From NCBI RefSeq assembly GCF_044324875.1, contig NZ_CP172185.1: a DNA stretch of 64,000 bases. The stretch is one strand, 5' to 3'. The notes beneath the pieces are model-generated. The model had not been told where the DNA came from and made no database searches. It saw nothing but the letters and a program-made list of their open reading frames with translations. The position numbers were made by a program, and so were the translations under genes. Below are positions 8,982 through 20,099 of this stretch, in pieces. The stretch comes from Escherichia coli (lineage in GTDB: Bacteria; Pseudomonadota; Gammaproteobacteria; Enterobacterales; Enterobacteriaceae). Numbering within the stretch: position 1 is the first letter of the stretch; every line of letters starts with the position of its first letter.

Positions 8982-10679
8982 TTAAGGCGTAGGTTCCGCC
9001 TCTTTTTGTTTTACCGGCTGTGTTGTTGATTCACTGAGTGGACGCGTCGCCGGAACATTGTCACACGGTTGCTCTTTCGGGCAGAGCAAATCCAGCATTT
9101 TCAGCGTCACGCCATTGGTCCAGCCAAAGCCATCCTGTAATGGATATTCGCCACCGCCGCCCCCTGTTCCGGTGGTGCTGACATCATATTTCTCGACCAG
9201 CTTCTTCTCCCGGTCATAAGTGTGCTGAACATTGGTCAGGAAGTGCCAGCTAATGTCCATCGCCACCTCGTTCTGCCCGTAGTTTTGCAACCCTTCTGTC
9301 GCCACCCATTGCAGGGGAGCCCAGCCATTTGGCGCATCCCATTGCTGTCCACTTTTCACCGACGTGGTGTTCAGGCCGCCTGGTTGCAGCAGATGTGTTT
9401 TCGTCGCCGTCGCCATTTTGTTGGCGCGATCTTTCGCTGCCGCATTGACGTACAGCGGGAACAGGGCGGCAGCGGTTAACTGATTGCGCACTTTATGACT
9501 TTTCAGGTCGTAATCGGCATACCAGCCTTGTTGATCGTTCCACAGGTATTTTTCGATCCCTTTTTGACGGGCATTCGCCAGCGTTTCGTACTGGTTTGCC
9601 ATCGCGTTATCTCCGGAAGCTTTGCTGGCGCGGGCGAGGATTTTTTCCATTTTAAACATCAGGCTGTTCAGATCGACCGGTACGATGCTGGTGGTGCGTA
9701 AGGTATTTAACTGCTGCGGATTGTCCATCCAGCGCGAGCTGAAATCCCAGCCAGACGCAGCGGCAGAGCGCAGGTCGCGGTAAATTTCAGTGGCAGGTCG
9801 ATTCGGATTGCTTTTGGCGGTGGCAATATCTTCCACCCATGACTCTGGTCGTGGCGTATCGCGATCGTCCCAGTAGCGGTTGAGAAGGGTACCATCCTGA
9901 AGTTTTACAACGCGTTTTTCCTGTTGTCCGGCTTGCAGGTTTTCAACACCGTCCATCCAGTAAGCATATTCTTTTTGCATTTGCGGCAGGTATTGCTTCA
10001 ACGCGGCATCGCCTTCATGCTGCGCCAGTAACTCTACCATCAGGGCAAAGAAGGGCGGCTGCGAGCGACTTAAATAGTAACTGCGGTTGCCGTTGGGAAT
10101 ATGACCGTAAGTGTCTATTTCATGAGCAAAATTGGCCACCATATCCGCGACTTTATCCCAGTGACCGCTTTCGGCAAGCCCCAGCATGGTGAAGTAACTG
10201 TCCCAGTAATACACTTCGCGAAAACGTCCTCCCGGCACGACATAGGGTTCCGGTAACGGCAACAGAGAATCCCATTTCTCGGTACTTTCGGTAGAACGGG
10301 TTAACACCGGCCAAAGTCCGTCTATATGTTCGCGTAGTGATTGCCCCTCTGGCGGAACATATTTCTCGCCCTCTTTCGGCAGGGTGAAATTGACGTTAAC
10401 GAAATGGCGCAGATCAAATCCGCTCTGGTTTTGCTGCATCCGATAATCAGCAAGGATCATCAGCGGATCGCTGTTCGGCACGGCATCGGCAAAGGTTTTT
10501 TGGTCCGGAAAAAGTTTGGCGTTTTGCACATCATTAAACAGCGGCCCTAATAAAATATCAGGCGGCTGTGGCGTTACCGGTGTTTCTTCTGCCTGCACCG
10601 ATAGCGCAGCGAAACACAAAAAGATGCAGGTTGGAATTAACGCCATTTTTAGCGGGCGAGAAGCTGCGGGGGATTTCAT
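8982..10679 (-). CDS. treA: Periplasmic trehalase
   Basis: ORF 8982..10682; the protein ([32 protein letters not shown]…) is recognised as TreA with signal peptide. The start is placed at the second Met to match the remembered 565-aa protein. Confidence 0.93.
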   Translation of the reverse strand: MKSPAASRPLKMALIPTCIFLCFAALSVQAEETPVTPQPPDILLGPLFNDVQNAKLFPDQKTFADAVPNSDPLMILADYRMQQNQSGFDLRHFVNVNFTLPKEGEKYVPPEGQSLREHIDGLWPVLTRSTESTEKWDSLLPLPEPYVVPGGRFREVYYWDSYFTMLGLAESGHWDKVADMVANFAHEIDTYGHIPNGNRSYYLSRSQPPFFALMVELLAQHEGDAALKQYLPQMQKEYAYWMDGVENLQAGQQEKRVVKLQDGTLLNRYWDDRDTPRPESWVEDIATAKSNPNRPATEIYRDLRSAAASGWDFSSRWMDNPQQLNTLRTTSIVPVDLNSLMFKMEKILARASKASGDNAMANQYETLANARQKGIEKYLWNDQQGWYADYDLKSHKVRNQLTAAALFPLYVNAAAKDRANKMATATKTHLLQPGGLNTTSVKSGQQWDAPNGWAPLQWVATEGLQNYGQNEVAMDISWHFLTNVQHTYDREKKLVEKYDVSTTGTGGGGGEYPLQDGFGWTNGVTLKMLDLLCPKEQPCDNVPATRPLSESTTQPVKQKEAEPTP

Positions 10680-10997
10680 CAATCATTCTCCTTTGGCGAA
10701 ACCGAATAAAACGGTATTCAAGTATCAGAAAACCTTAGTTCAGGATCGCACTAGCTGCATGATCGAAATCTCATTCTGCGAACGGTCAGGCATTTTAGAA
10801 AAGGGAATTAAAGGGATAAATAACGTCGAAATAGAGTGAACAAATAACGTCTGTTTGTTAGCCAGCCAGCGGCGTTGGGTTCGCGATTAGCGAAGAAAAA
10901 TCATCACAAATTGGTGAAAAATATAACAGGTAGTTAAAAACATCCGTGCAGAGTAAATAGCCGGATGACATCAGAACGATGCCATCCTAACTGTGGT

Positions 10998-12416
10998 TTA
11001 ACCCTGACGGCTGAAACGTTGCGTTTTAACGTCCAGCGTTAGCGTTTCTTCTGGTTGTATCGCATACAGTTTCTCACCCTGCTGGCAAATCCAGCCAATC
11101 CCCAGTTCACGGGCGATCAGGGCGCTGTGGGATAGCGGACTTCCGGCGCTAAGGCAGATACCTTTTACAACCGCCGGATCCAGTTGCAGTATTGTGGAGG
11201 GATAGATGTTCTCCGCCAGTAGAATAGTTGGCGAGTTAAACTGCGGGAGTTCTTCTTTCGTTTGGGTCAGGTGGACCAGGGTGCGATGCAGAAGATCGTC
11301 CACATCAATATAGCGAGCCTGTAGATATTCATCATCCAGTTGCTGGTATTGCTGGCTAAGTTCTTTAAGAACTTGCTGCCAGGCATATTCTGCCGTGCAA
11401 TGTTCATGCTGAAGGAGTTCGCTTGCCGCTGCCAGCAGTTCCGGATCATCTAACAGTGTATGGTGACCAGAAAAGATTGCGGCAATATCGTCAAGCCCGC
11501 TGGCTTCTGCTTTCGCTGTTAACGTCATCAGATCTAATAACGTGAAGTCAATGGCCTGGCGTAATCGTTCTTGTTCTTCATCCACGGTCAGGGTTGATTT
11601 TGCCTGTACCGTACATAAAACCGGTTGATAATAAAAGGTTTTACCCGAAACAGGCGGAACGGGACGCAGAATAGGTGGAGCAACTTCCTCCGTTTCACCA
11701 AAGTTATCTTCAGCCAGCTGACGGAAAGCGATCAGTGCCTCTTCAGCTTCTGGCCCTTTCGCAATCAGGCGCAGCGTATCGTTATAGCGAACTTGTAGTA
11801 ACGCAATCTGGTTAATACTCTCCGGTGTGACGCATTTGCCGTTTTTCTCCAGCAACATATCGGCATTAAATGTCGATAAGGTATAAACCAGCCGGGAGGC
11901 CGGACGTACATGCAGGCCGTTACGGTTTTTAATGACCACCGCCAGAGAACGGGCTTCTTCATCGTAGGCAGGACATGACTCAGAGATTTCAGTGTCGGAG
12001 GAGGGTAAACCCAGTTGTTCACGTTTGGCTTCCAGCGCATGCATGGCGTCAAAGATAACTTTGTCGATATCCGCCCCCGAGGCCGCGCTGACCGTTGCTG
12101 CCAGTGTACCTTCGACCAACGGCGCAGCACACAAACGTACTTTTGCGGCGATCTCGGGAGCCAGCAATTCCAGCGCAGTTTCAGCACTCAATAATGCGCT
12201 ACCCATATCCATCATGACCAGCACATGGTCGGCATCGGCAACAGATTCGATGGCCTCCATCACTTTGACGGCATCGGTACCAATGGGATTTTGTGGATCG
12301 TCAATTCCCGCGGCAATGGCGATTTTACAACTATCACTCATTAACATCTGACGGGCTAATTCACCGACACCTTCTCCCAGTCGGCTGCTATGTGAAACTA
12401 TGACCAGGTTTACCAT
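10998..12416 (-). CDS. dhaM: Dihydroxyacetone kinase phosphotransferase subunit DhaM (PTS EIIA-HPr-EI fusion)
   Basis: ORF 10998..12422; the sequence from MVNLVIVSHSSRLGEGVGELARQ… is recognised as DhaM. Confidence 0.92.
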   Translation of the reverse strand: MVNLVIVSHSSRLGEGVGELARQMLMSDSCKIAIAAGIDDPQNPIGTDAVKVMEAIESVADADHVLVMMDMGSALLSAETALELLAPEIAAKVRLCAAPLVEGTLAATVSAASGADIDKVIFDAMHALEAKREQLGLPSSDTEISESCPAYDEEARSLAVVIKNRNGLHVRPASRLVYTLSTFNADMLLEKNGKCVTPESINQIALLQVRYNDTLRLIAKGPEAEEALIAFRQLAEDNFGETEEVAPPILRPVPPVSGKTFYYQPVLCTVQAKSTLTVDEEQERLRQAIDFTLLDLMTLTAKAEASGLDDIAAIFSGHHTLLDDPELLAAASELLQHEHCTAEYAWQQVLKELSQQYQQLDDEYLQARYIDVDDLLHRTLVHLTQTKEELPQFNSPTILLAENIYPSTILQLDPAVVKGICLSAGSPLSHSALIARELGIGWICQQGEKLYAIQPEETLTLDVKTQRFSRQG

Positions 12417-12426
12417 CACCAATTCC

Positions 12427-13059
12427 TTACTCTTTTGCGGCTAACGCCAACATTTGCATCATAAACATCACCGAGGTCGCACCGGGGTCCTGGTGACCAA
12501 TACTGCGTTCACCGAGATAACTGGCGCGGCCTTTGCGGGCTTGCATCGTAATCGTACTTTGTGCAGCGGATTCGGCGATGCTACTGGCAGCTTCGAGCGC
12601 CGCCGGAACAGAGAGATTTTGCTCGCTGGACTGACGTAACGATTCCACCACCGGCACCCACACATCACACATGGTTTTATCGCCAGGTTCGGCTTTACCG
12701 CGACTGATTACGCCGTCCGCGCCATCGCGGAACATCTGATAAAGCTCTTCCAGCGTCAGGCTTTGCCGTGCCTGGGTCGCCTGTGCGGCGCGGATAAAGA
12801 AGGTACCGAAAAGCGGACCACTGGCACCACCGACGCTGGAAAGTAGCGTCATACCGGTATTCTTGAGAATGAAACCGATATCTTTATCTGCGATAGCAGG
12901 GAGTTTTTCCACCACTTTGCTAAAGCCTCGGTTCATATTTAGCCCGTGGTCAGCGTCGCCAATTTCGCGATCCAGTCCGGTAAGATACTCGCTCTCGGTG
13001 TTGAAAATATCGCCACAACGAGTGAGCCAGTTAACAATTTGAGTTCTGCTCAGTGACAT
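12427..13059 (-). CDS. dhaL: Dihydroxyacetone kinase ADP-binding subunit DhaL
   Basis: ORF 12427..13137; the internal Met start MSLSRTQIVNWLTRCGDIFN… gives a 210-aa DhaL. Confidence 0.92.
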   Translation of the reverse strand: MSLSRTQIVNWLTRCGDIFNTESEYLTGLDREIGDADHGLNMNRGFSKVVEKLPAIADKDIGFILKNTGMTLLSSVGGASGPLFGTFFIRAAQATQARQSLTLEELYQMFRDGADGVISRGKAEPGDKTMCDVWVPVVESLRQSSEQNLSVPAALEAASSIAESAAQSTITMQARKGRASYLGERSIGHQDPGATSVMFMMQMLALAAKE

Positions 13060-13069
13060 TGCTTTCTCC

Positions 13070-14140
13070 TTATTTACCCCAGTTAAGGGCCGGGGTGTGG
13101 ACCGGGGCGTCCCAGAGTGCCAGCGTTTCGTCATCAACTTTCAGTAAGGTGATTGAGAAACCGGTCATATCCAGTGAGGTGCAGTACGCGCCAATTAAAT
13201 TACGTTCGATAGTCAATCCTGCTTGCTGGCAACGTGTGGTCAGGCGGTTATAGACGCCGTATAGCTCAGAAAGCGGAGTTGCGCCAAGATTGTTAACCAG
13301 CGCAATCACCCGATCGCCAGACTGGAGCGGTTGCTTAGTTTGTGGTTCTTCCTGCCAGCTGCCTTGTTGATAATCCCAGAAACGCAAAGTGCGATGGTAT
13401 GAGCCATTTTCCAGCAGGGTGTCGAACATTTCATCGACGGTTTGATCAAGGGAAGAGAAGGGACGGCGGTCAATACCTGGCTCACCATGAATGCCGACGC
13501 CAAACTCCATCTCATTGTCCGCCAGGGTAAAAGAAGGTTTGCCCGCGGCAGGAACGGTACAGGCACCGAGAGCAATACCTATTGAGTGGCCTTGATTATT
13601 CAACTTACGCCCCAGTTCCGCACAGGCGTCCAGTGAGTCGCCACGCTCCGCCGCTGCGCCTACGAGTTTTTCAATTAATACGGTGTTGGCAACGCCGCGC
13701 CGCCCGGCGGTATAAAGACTGTCTTTTACTGCAACGTCGTCATCAATGACCACAGTGGTCACTTTTACGCCGCTATCGTGCAGTAACTCGGTTGCTGTTT
13801 CGAAGTTAAGAATATCGCCGGTGTAATTTTTGATAATCAACAGTACACCTTCGCCGCCATCAATTTGCATGGCGCATTCAAAGATTTTATCGGGCGTCGG
13901 TGAGGTGAAAATTTCGCCCGGACAGGCCCCCGAAAGCATCCCCTGACCGATATAACCACAATGCATCGGCTCGTGTCCGCTACCGCCACCCGACAGCAGG
14001 GCGACTTTTCCTGCAACGGGGGCATCAGCTCGGGTGACATACACCGGATCCTGGTGCAGTATCAGCGATGGATGCGCTTTCGCCAGTCCTGCCAGTTGTT
14101 CGTCCAGTACGTCTTGCACATCATTGATCAATTTTTTCAT
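13070..14140 (-). CDS. dhaK: Dihydroxyacetone kinase dihydroxyacetone-binding subunit DhaK
   Basis: ORF 13070..14170; the start at MKKLINDVQDVLDEQLAGL… gives a 356-aa DhaK. Confidence 0.92.
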   Translation of the reverse strand: MKKLINDVQDVLDEQLAGLAKAHPSLILHQDPVYVTRADAPVAGKVALLSGGGSGHEPMHCGYIGQGMLSGACPGEIFTSPTPDKIFECAMQIDGGEGVLLIIKNYTGDILNFETATELLHDSGVKVTTVVIDDDVAVKDSLYTAGRRGVANTVLIEKLVGAAAERGDSLDACAELGRKLNNQGHSIGIALGACTVPAAGKPSFTLADNEMEFGVGIHGEPGIDRRPFSSLDQTVDEMFDTLLENGSYHRTLRFWDYQQGSWQEEPQTKQPLQSGDRVIALVNNLGATPLSELYGVYNRLTTRCQQAGLTIERNLIGAYCTSLDMTGFSITLLKVDDETLALWDAPVHTPALNWGK

Positions 14141-14367
14141 TATTTTGCTCCAGCAATTACGGTAGGGCATGGATGATGTTCAACGACACGGCGACCACTG
14201 ACTGCCGATGAATCCATTGTGCATCAGGCAAGGGAAAAGAAAATTAGCCCAAATTATGTTTCATAGTGAAACATATTCTTTAATGAATGTTCCATATTGA
14301 AACTTTTACGTGTATTAATACTTAAAATTGCGAGCCGGAACACCTTTTGTCATAAGGGATGCGGGAT

Positions 14368-16287
14368 ATGAGTAGCGCTTTTAACAACGATGGTCGGGAC
14401 ATATCTCCCTTAATTGCAACCTCCTGGGAGCGATGCATTAAGCTGATGAAACGGGAGACATGGAACGTACCACACCAGGCCCAGGGCGTGACATTTGCGT
14501 CTATTTATCGGCGTAAGAAAGCGATGCTGACGCTCGGGCAGGCTGCGCTGGAAGATGCCTGGGAATATATGGCACCGCGAGAGTGTGCGCTGTTTATCCT
14601 CGATGAAACCGCCTGCATTCTCAGCCGTAATGGCGATCCGCAAACCTTGCAGCAGCTAAGTGCACTGGGATTCAATGACGGCACGTATTGCGCCGAGGGA
14701 ATTATTGGTACTTGTGCGCTATCGTTAGCGGCTATCTCTGGTCAGGCCGTGAAAACGATGGCCGATCAACATTTCAAACAGGCACTCTGGAACTGGGCCT
14801 TTTGTGCAACGCCGTTGTTTGACAGCAAGGGCCGATTGACGGGAACAATAGCGCTGGCGTGTCCGGTTGAGCAAACTACCGCAGCTGATTTGCCGTTGAC
14901 GTTGGCAATCGCCCGAGAGGTCGGTAATTTACTGCTGACGGACAGTTTGCTCGCTGAAACTAACCGTCATTTAAATCAACTTAATGCCCTGTTAGAAAGT
15001 ATGGATGATGGCGTGATTAGCTGGGACGAGCAGGGTAATTTGCAATTTATCAACGCCCAGGCGGCGCGGGTCTTGCGCCTTGACGCGACGGCAAGTCAGG
15101 GAAGGGCAATCACTGAACTCTTAACGTTACCCGCCGTATTGCAACAAGCAATAAAACAGGCACATCCGCTCAAACACGTAGAAGCAACCTTTGAAAGTCA
15201 GCACCAGTTTATTGATGCGGTGATAACCCTTAAACCGATAATAGAAACGCAGGGAACCAGCTTTATTTTGTTGCTCCATCCTGTGGAACAGATGCGGCAG
15301 TTAATGACCAGTCAATTAGGAAAAGTCAGCCATACTTTCGCTCATATGCCACAAGAGGATCCGCAAACCCGCCGCTTGATTCATTTTGGTCGCCAGGCGG
15401 CGCGCAGTAGCTTTCCTGTCCTGCTTTGTGGAGAGGAGGGCGTGGGCAAGGCACTGCTAAGTCAGGCAATTCATAATGAAAGCGAGCGTGCAGCGGGGCC
15501 TTATATTGCCGTCAATTGTGAGTTATATGGTGATGCGGCGCTGGCGGAAGAATTTATTGGTGGCGATCGCACGGATAATGAAAATGGCCGTCTGAGTCGG
15601 CTGGAACTGGCGCACGGCGGCACGCTGTTTCTTGAAAAGATTGAATATCTGGCGGTGGAGTTACAGTCTGCTTTGCTTCAGGTTATCAAGCAGGGTGTTA
15701 TCACGCGACTGGATGCGCGGCGATTAATACCCATTGATGTCAAAGTGATTGCCACAACGACCGCGGACCTCGCAATGCTGGTGGAACAAAATCGCTTTAG
15801 TCGCCAGCTGTATTACGCGCTGCATGCATTTGAAATTACCATCCCGCCTCTGCGTATGCGGCGTGGCAGCATTCCGGCGCTGGTGAATAACAAATTACAC
15901 AGTCTTGAAAAACGCTTCTCTACGCGGCTGAAAATTGATGACGATGCCCTCGCTCGCCTGGTTTCCTGTGCATGGCCTGGCAACGATTTTGAACTTTACA
16001 GCGTCATCGAGAATCTTGCTCTGAGTAGTGATAACGGGCGCATTCGCGTCAGTGATTTACCTGAACATCTGTTTACCGAGCAGGCGACAGATGATGTCAG
16101 CGCCACCCGCCTTTCCACCAGTCTGTCATTTGCGGAAGTTGAAAAAGAGGCAATTATTAACGCAGCCCAGGTCACAGGCGGTCGCATTCAGGAAATGTCG
16201 GCTTTACTTGGAATCGGCCGCACTACGCTGTGGCGGAAAATGAAGCAACATGGCATTGATGCAGGGCAGTTTAAGCGCCGGGTATGA
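14368..16287 (+). CDS. dhaR: Sigma-54-type transcriptional activator of the dha operon (GAF-PAS-AAA+-HTH)
   Basis: ORF 14359..16287; the ATG at 14368 has the better-spaced RBS; AAA+ motifs (GEEGVGKALLSQAIH, GAFTGA-like region) and a C-terminal HTH; divergent from dhaK. Confidence 0.92.
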   Translation: MSSAFNNDGRDISPLIATSWERCIKLMKRETWNVPHQAQGVTFASIYRRKKAMLTLGQAALEDAWEYMAPRECALFILDETACILSRNGDPQTLQQLSALGFNDGTYCAEGIIGTCALSLAAISGQAVKTMADQHFKQALWNWAFCATPLFDSKGRLTGTIALACPVEQTTAADLPLTLAIAREVGNLLLTDSLLAETNRHLNQLNALLESMDDGVISWDEQGNLQFINAQAARVLRLDATASQGRAITELLTLPAVLQQAIKQAHPLKHVEATFESQHQFIDAVITLKPIIETQGTSFILLLHPVEQMRQLMTSQLGKVSHTFAHMPQEDPQTRRLIHFGRQAARSSFPVLLCGEEGVGKALLSQAIHNESERAAGPYIAVNCELYGDAALAEEFIGGDRTDNENGRLSRLELAHGGTLFLEKIEYLAVELQSALLQVIKQGVITRLDARRLIPIDVKVIATTTADLAMLVEQNRFSRQLYYALHAFEITIPPLRMRRGSIPALVNNKLHSLEKRFSTRLKIDDDALARLVSCAWPGNDFELYSVIENLALSSDNGRIRVSDLPEHLFTEQATDDVSATRLSTSLSFAEVEKEAIINAAQVTGGRIQEMSALLGIGRTTLWRKMKQHGIDAGQFKRRV

Positions 16288-16386
16288 AAGACAGAAACGA
16301 TTTCTGATACATCAGAGTGATCTGTATTTCATTCCGGCGCACGCTAACAATTTTCAGCATCGTTTAAGGGCTTGTCTATCCCGCAC

Positions 16387-19254
16387 TTAAAAGCTGAATC
16401 GATATCCTCCGTTGACTTGCTTCTGATCAAAGAGGTTACCCTGCGTGTAATCCGCTTCGAGATAGAATGTGTGCTGTTTGTTATACTGTGCACTGACTCC
16501 CACGCCGTTATTCCAGCCATTACCTTTGAAACTGTACTTCTCCCGGGAGTTGTTCAACAGATATTCGGTATCCCCTGAAAACTCGCGGATAGCGCCAGTC
16601 TTCACATAGACATTCAGCTGGCTGTTGCCTGCGGTGATGTCATATCCCAGTATCATGCTGGCACGCCCCAGCAGCGATTCGTAGTGATTCAGATGTATAT
16701 TGAGGCCATTACTCGCCTTCATAGCCATCTCATTCTGGTGGCTGTATGTGAGCTGGGTTTGCGGCTCTATATAGAACCCATAACCAGTAGGGGTCAGGTT
16801 GAACCTCTGCCCGGCTTCCAGGGCGATACTCATTCCATTCGCAGTGCCGTTGGCATTAACGCCGTTGTTCTGACTGTCCAGTACGTGGAAACTATTTTTC
16901 TGGCGTGATGCTTTTACAACGAGATCGCTGTAAAAACCGCTGTGTGCCATGTAACTGGCGTACATTCCCATGTAGTCTGAACGTGCGGTACCGTCGCCTC
17001 CGCTATAGTCCGGCGATGCATGTGTTGAGCCAATATACAGACCGACATACAACGGCATTTCATCAGAGAGACGTTTATCCCCACCAAACTGGATACCGCT
17101 GTAACCCATGTCAAAGCCGCTCAGTTTGCCACTGGCAAAGGAGTCCAGGCTTCCCCCATAACTGCGCAACCAGATATTACCGTCTTTACTCTGATTTCGC
17201 AGGTCACCCATCCGTTGCATCAGCGTACGGTTTTCAACATAGTTCAATAAGTAACCGACATTGAGATAATTGCCGCCAGCATCTGCAGTCGTGGTGGGTT
17301 TAGGCGTGGGAGCGGGGGCAGGCGTAGGATCGGGGTTGACTATGGGAGGCTGAGCGGGAGCTGGTGTGGGTTCAGGATTAGGAGTCGGTTCCGGAACTGT
17401 CCCGGAAGCGTAAAGCTCCCAGTTAGTGCCATTTTTACGCACATCGTACAGATATCCCCCCAACTCAACCTGAGAAGACGCGCTGAACGAGGCCGCACCG
17501 TCAGTGGTTTTTACCACTGTCAGAACTTCATTTCCCGTTGTGGCCTCGCTGCCCTGGTTGCGGATAGCCAATACGTGATTACCAGCACTACTCCCGCTGA
17601 TATTCAATAAATCCCCTTTATTATTAACGCCATTACCCTCGCCAACAACATCAGCACGCATAATAAAGGTACTGTTACCGCTCAGGTTCTCTACGTTTAA
17701 TGTGGTAAATGTGCCGGCAGTTGACCCGTGGCTGGCAAAATCGACAGTTGAATGGCTCAGCGCCAGCGTGTCGAGATTAGAATTACTTGTTACGTTCCAG
17801 ACGCTGTTATTCATTGCAACGTCCAGTTTCCCGCCATTGACATTATCGCTGAGGGAAGAACCTGTCCAAACCGACCCAGGGTGCATATCCAGATTGATTA
17901 GCCCACCTTTGGAAAGAACGCTACCGTTGATAAGCATACGACCCGAGGCGTTGATGCGGCTGGCGGCATAACCATCGTCATGTTGCGTTGCGATGGCCAT
18001 CTGGTCGGGTGTACTCATATCAATGACCAGATCGCTCGTGAGGTCGATCTGGCTGTTGGTCATGGCATAAATTCCCCTGGCTCCTGCCGCGCCGGTGATA
18101 GCCAAACTGTCTCCGGTTATTCTACCGCCGCTGAGCGCCCACAAACCCAGCGCCAGACTGCCATTACGATCAACCGTAATATCGGTATTTTGCATGTTGA
18201 CAACAGCCGTTGCCGTCTGGGCTGAGGCACCATAAGAACCGCTGGAAAAGATGCTGTTTCGTTGCGCTGCCGTGCCAGAAAAATTGATTGTCGCGTCTGA
18301 ACCACTGGTTACGAGGCCACCGCCCTGCGCGGAAGAAATATGGCTATCAGCACCGATAGTGGTTGTACCACCACGAACTTCGACGCCATTTGCCGCGGCT
18401 CCAGTTACATCAACAGTGAGTGCATTCGCGCTCACCTGGCCAAAGCTCCAGAGGCCGTGTGCATTATCGCCATTGGTTTTAATGGTACTGTTTGTTCCGA
18501 GATCGACAACAGAGTTTTTCTGTACGTTTATCCCCATGGCGCTGTAGCCCTGAACATCGATTGTCAGGTCTGTCGCCGTAAAACGCGCAGCACCATTGGC
18601 GTTATTGCCGTTGAGACCACCGATATAAACACCTGTACTTCCATCGGTCTTGATTTTACTTCCGCTTCCAAGATCGACACTGGTGCCATAGTCATTGATT
18701 GTTAGGCCTATACCGTTCGAGTTTTCAATGGTGAATTGAGTGGCTGTTAGTGTTGAGCTATGTCTAATAATGATGCCGTCATCGTTACTCTTAATGGTGC
18801 TGCCTGTGCCTAAGTCAGCATGGGTATAGTCACCAATTAAATTAATGCCGATGGCAGAGGTTTGACCAACAACATCTACTGTAAGTCGGTTAGCTGTCAG
18901 GGAGCTGTTCTTGCCCTGAATAATGATTCCCTTTGCATATCCAGAGGCGTCGTTGACATTGACGGTGACATCATTACCCAGGTTGATATTGCCAGGCGTG
19001 TTTCCTGCTGGGGTCATTACACCATAGAGGTTTCCTGATGGATCGGCGGTATCTCCTGTAATTCTGTCACCATCATTAATAGTAATATTGGTGCCATTTT
19101 GACTTCCTAAATCAGCAGCTATCAGCAGGGGGGAAAAGATAATTGCATTCAAACCAATAGCGCCATATTTTATCAGTTGAATGGAGGGCGAACGGATTTT
19201 TAATTCAGCGAGACGATCGGCTTTGGTATTCCCATTGTGTTGTTTGATGCCCAT
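16387..19254 (-). CDS. ycgV: Autotransporter (type Va) adhesin-like protein
   Basis: 955-aa ORF with a signal region, a long Gly/Thr/Asn-rich beta-helical passenger, a Pro/Thr-rich linker (PEPTPNPEPTPAPAQPPIVNPDPTPAPAPTPKPTTT) and a C-terminal beta-barrel ending …GGYRFSF. Confidence 0.88.
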   Translation of the reverse strand: MGIKQHNGNTKADRLAELKIRSPSIQLIKYGAIGLNAIIFSPLLIAADLGSQNGTNITINDGDRITGDTADPSGNLYGVMTPAGNTPGNINLGNDVTVNVNDASGYAKGIIIQGKNSSLTANRLTVDVVGQTSAIGINLIGDYTHADLGTGSTIKSNDDGIIIRHSSTLTATQFTIENSNGIGLTINDYGTSVDLGSGSKIKTDGSTGVYIGGLNGNNANGAARFTATDLTIDVQGYSAMGINVQKNSVVDLGTNSTIKTNGDNAHGLWSFGQVSANALTVDVTGAAANGVEVRGGTTTIGADSHISSAQGGGLVTSGSDATINFSGTAAQRNSIFSSGSYGASAQTATAVVNMQNTDITVDRNGSLALGLWALSGGRITGDSLAITGAAGARGIYAMTNSQIDLTSDLVIDMSTPDQMAIATQHDDGYAASRINASGRMLINGSVLSKGGLINLDMHPGSVWTGSSLSDNVNGGKLDVAMNNSVWNVTSNSNLDTLALSHSTVDFASHGSTAGTFTTLNVENLSGNSTFIMRADVVGEGNGVNNKGDLLNISGSSAGNHVLAIRNQGSEATTGNEVLTVVKTTDGAASFSASSQVELGGYLYDVRKNGTNWELYASGTVPEPTPNPEPTPAPAQPPIVNPDPTPAPAPTPKPTTTADAGGNYLNVGYLLNYVENRTLMQRMGDLRNQSKDGNIWLRSYGGSLDSFASGKLSGFDMGYSGIQFGGDKRLSDEMPLYVGLYIGSTHASPDYSGGDGTARSDYMGMYASYMAHSGFYSDLVVKASRQKNSFHVLDSQNNGVNANGTANGMSIALEAGQRFNLTPTGYGFYIEPQTQLTYSHQNEMAMKASNGLNIHLNHYESLLGRASMILGYDITAGNSQLNVYVKTGAIREFSGDTEYLLNNSREKYSFKGNGWNNGVGVSAQYNKQHTFYLEADYTQGNLFDQKQVNGGYRFSF

Positions 19255-19547
19255 ACCACTCCTATATAGTACCCAGGCTATGGGTCTATGGATTTTGTCA
19301 TTTTGTTTAAGTCAATGAATAATATCCTCTTATCATCATGATATTTGTATGGTGCTATCATGATGAGCTGCTCTGAGAATAATTCTCTATTACCGGGCAA
19401 AATCAGGAACACAGGAATTAATATATATTTAACATCCCCCTTACAAAGGTGAGTTTAGATCGAGTTATTCCCTAAGTTGTCGTTACTTATTCCAATTCGT
19501 TACAATGAATATGACAAAAACATTACAACAAACAGCGGTTAAATAAT

Positions 19548-19802
19548 TTGGTGAATATTTTTGGTAATAATCCTAATTGGTTATGGGATTTTCGCTTGAT
19601 GTATCTGCATAACAAAAACAATATGAGCCATTTTTGCATTACTAATAAGAAAAAGCAAAAAACATCGATATTCATTTTTGATCAATGGATTTTCTGGCAT
19701 ATCGTTATTATCGTGATACTGGTTATCATTTTCATCTTGCCAGGATCGCACGTAATCACGTTATTCGGGGATTTTATCTGCGGGATATTACCCTTCAGGT
19801 AA
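19548..19802 (+). CDS. Hypothetical small hydrophobic protein (84 aa) in the AT-rich ycgV-ychF intergenic region
   Basis: ORF-track entry only; the product has a long hydrophobic stretch (IFWHIVIIVILVIIFILPG). No obvious RBS and a very AT-rich context, so it may not be expressed. Confidence 0.2.
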   Translation: MVNIFGNNPNWLWDFRLMYLHNKNNMSHFCITNKKKQKTSIFIFDQWIFWHIVIIVILVIIFILPGSHVITLFGDFICGILPFR

Positions 19803-20014
19803 GTCCTTTTCTCGCCAGCATATTGGAGCGTGATCAATATTGATCAGCTGTAAAAAGGTGTCTGATGTGCAGTGGAACACAAACTTACGTTATCTCATTG
19901 CTAATGAGATATCCCTCATCTGAACACTTATGTCTTTAATTATTCTCGTGGTTCACTATAGGCAATAAGCACAAAAGTGTAGGATGTTATAAGAATGGTT
20001 AGGACTCGGTGAAA

Positions 20015-20045
20015 TGAAAAATCCACGCAATTGCGTGGATTTTAT
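20015..20045 (-). terminator. Intrinsic terminator downstream of ychF
   Basis: Perfect hairpin ATCCACGC-AATT-GCGTGGAT (20021-20040) flanked by an A-run and a T-run; lies ~55 nt past the ychF stop. Confidence 0.75.
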
Positions 20046-20099
20046 ATACTTTTGCGCTCTTCATGAGATTTAGCGAAACCTCTTGAGACAACAAATTAA

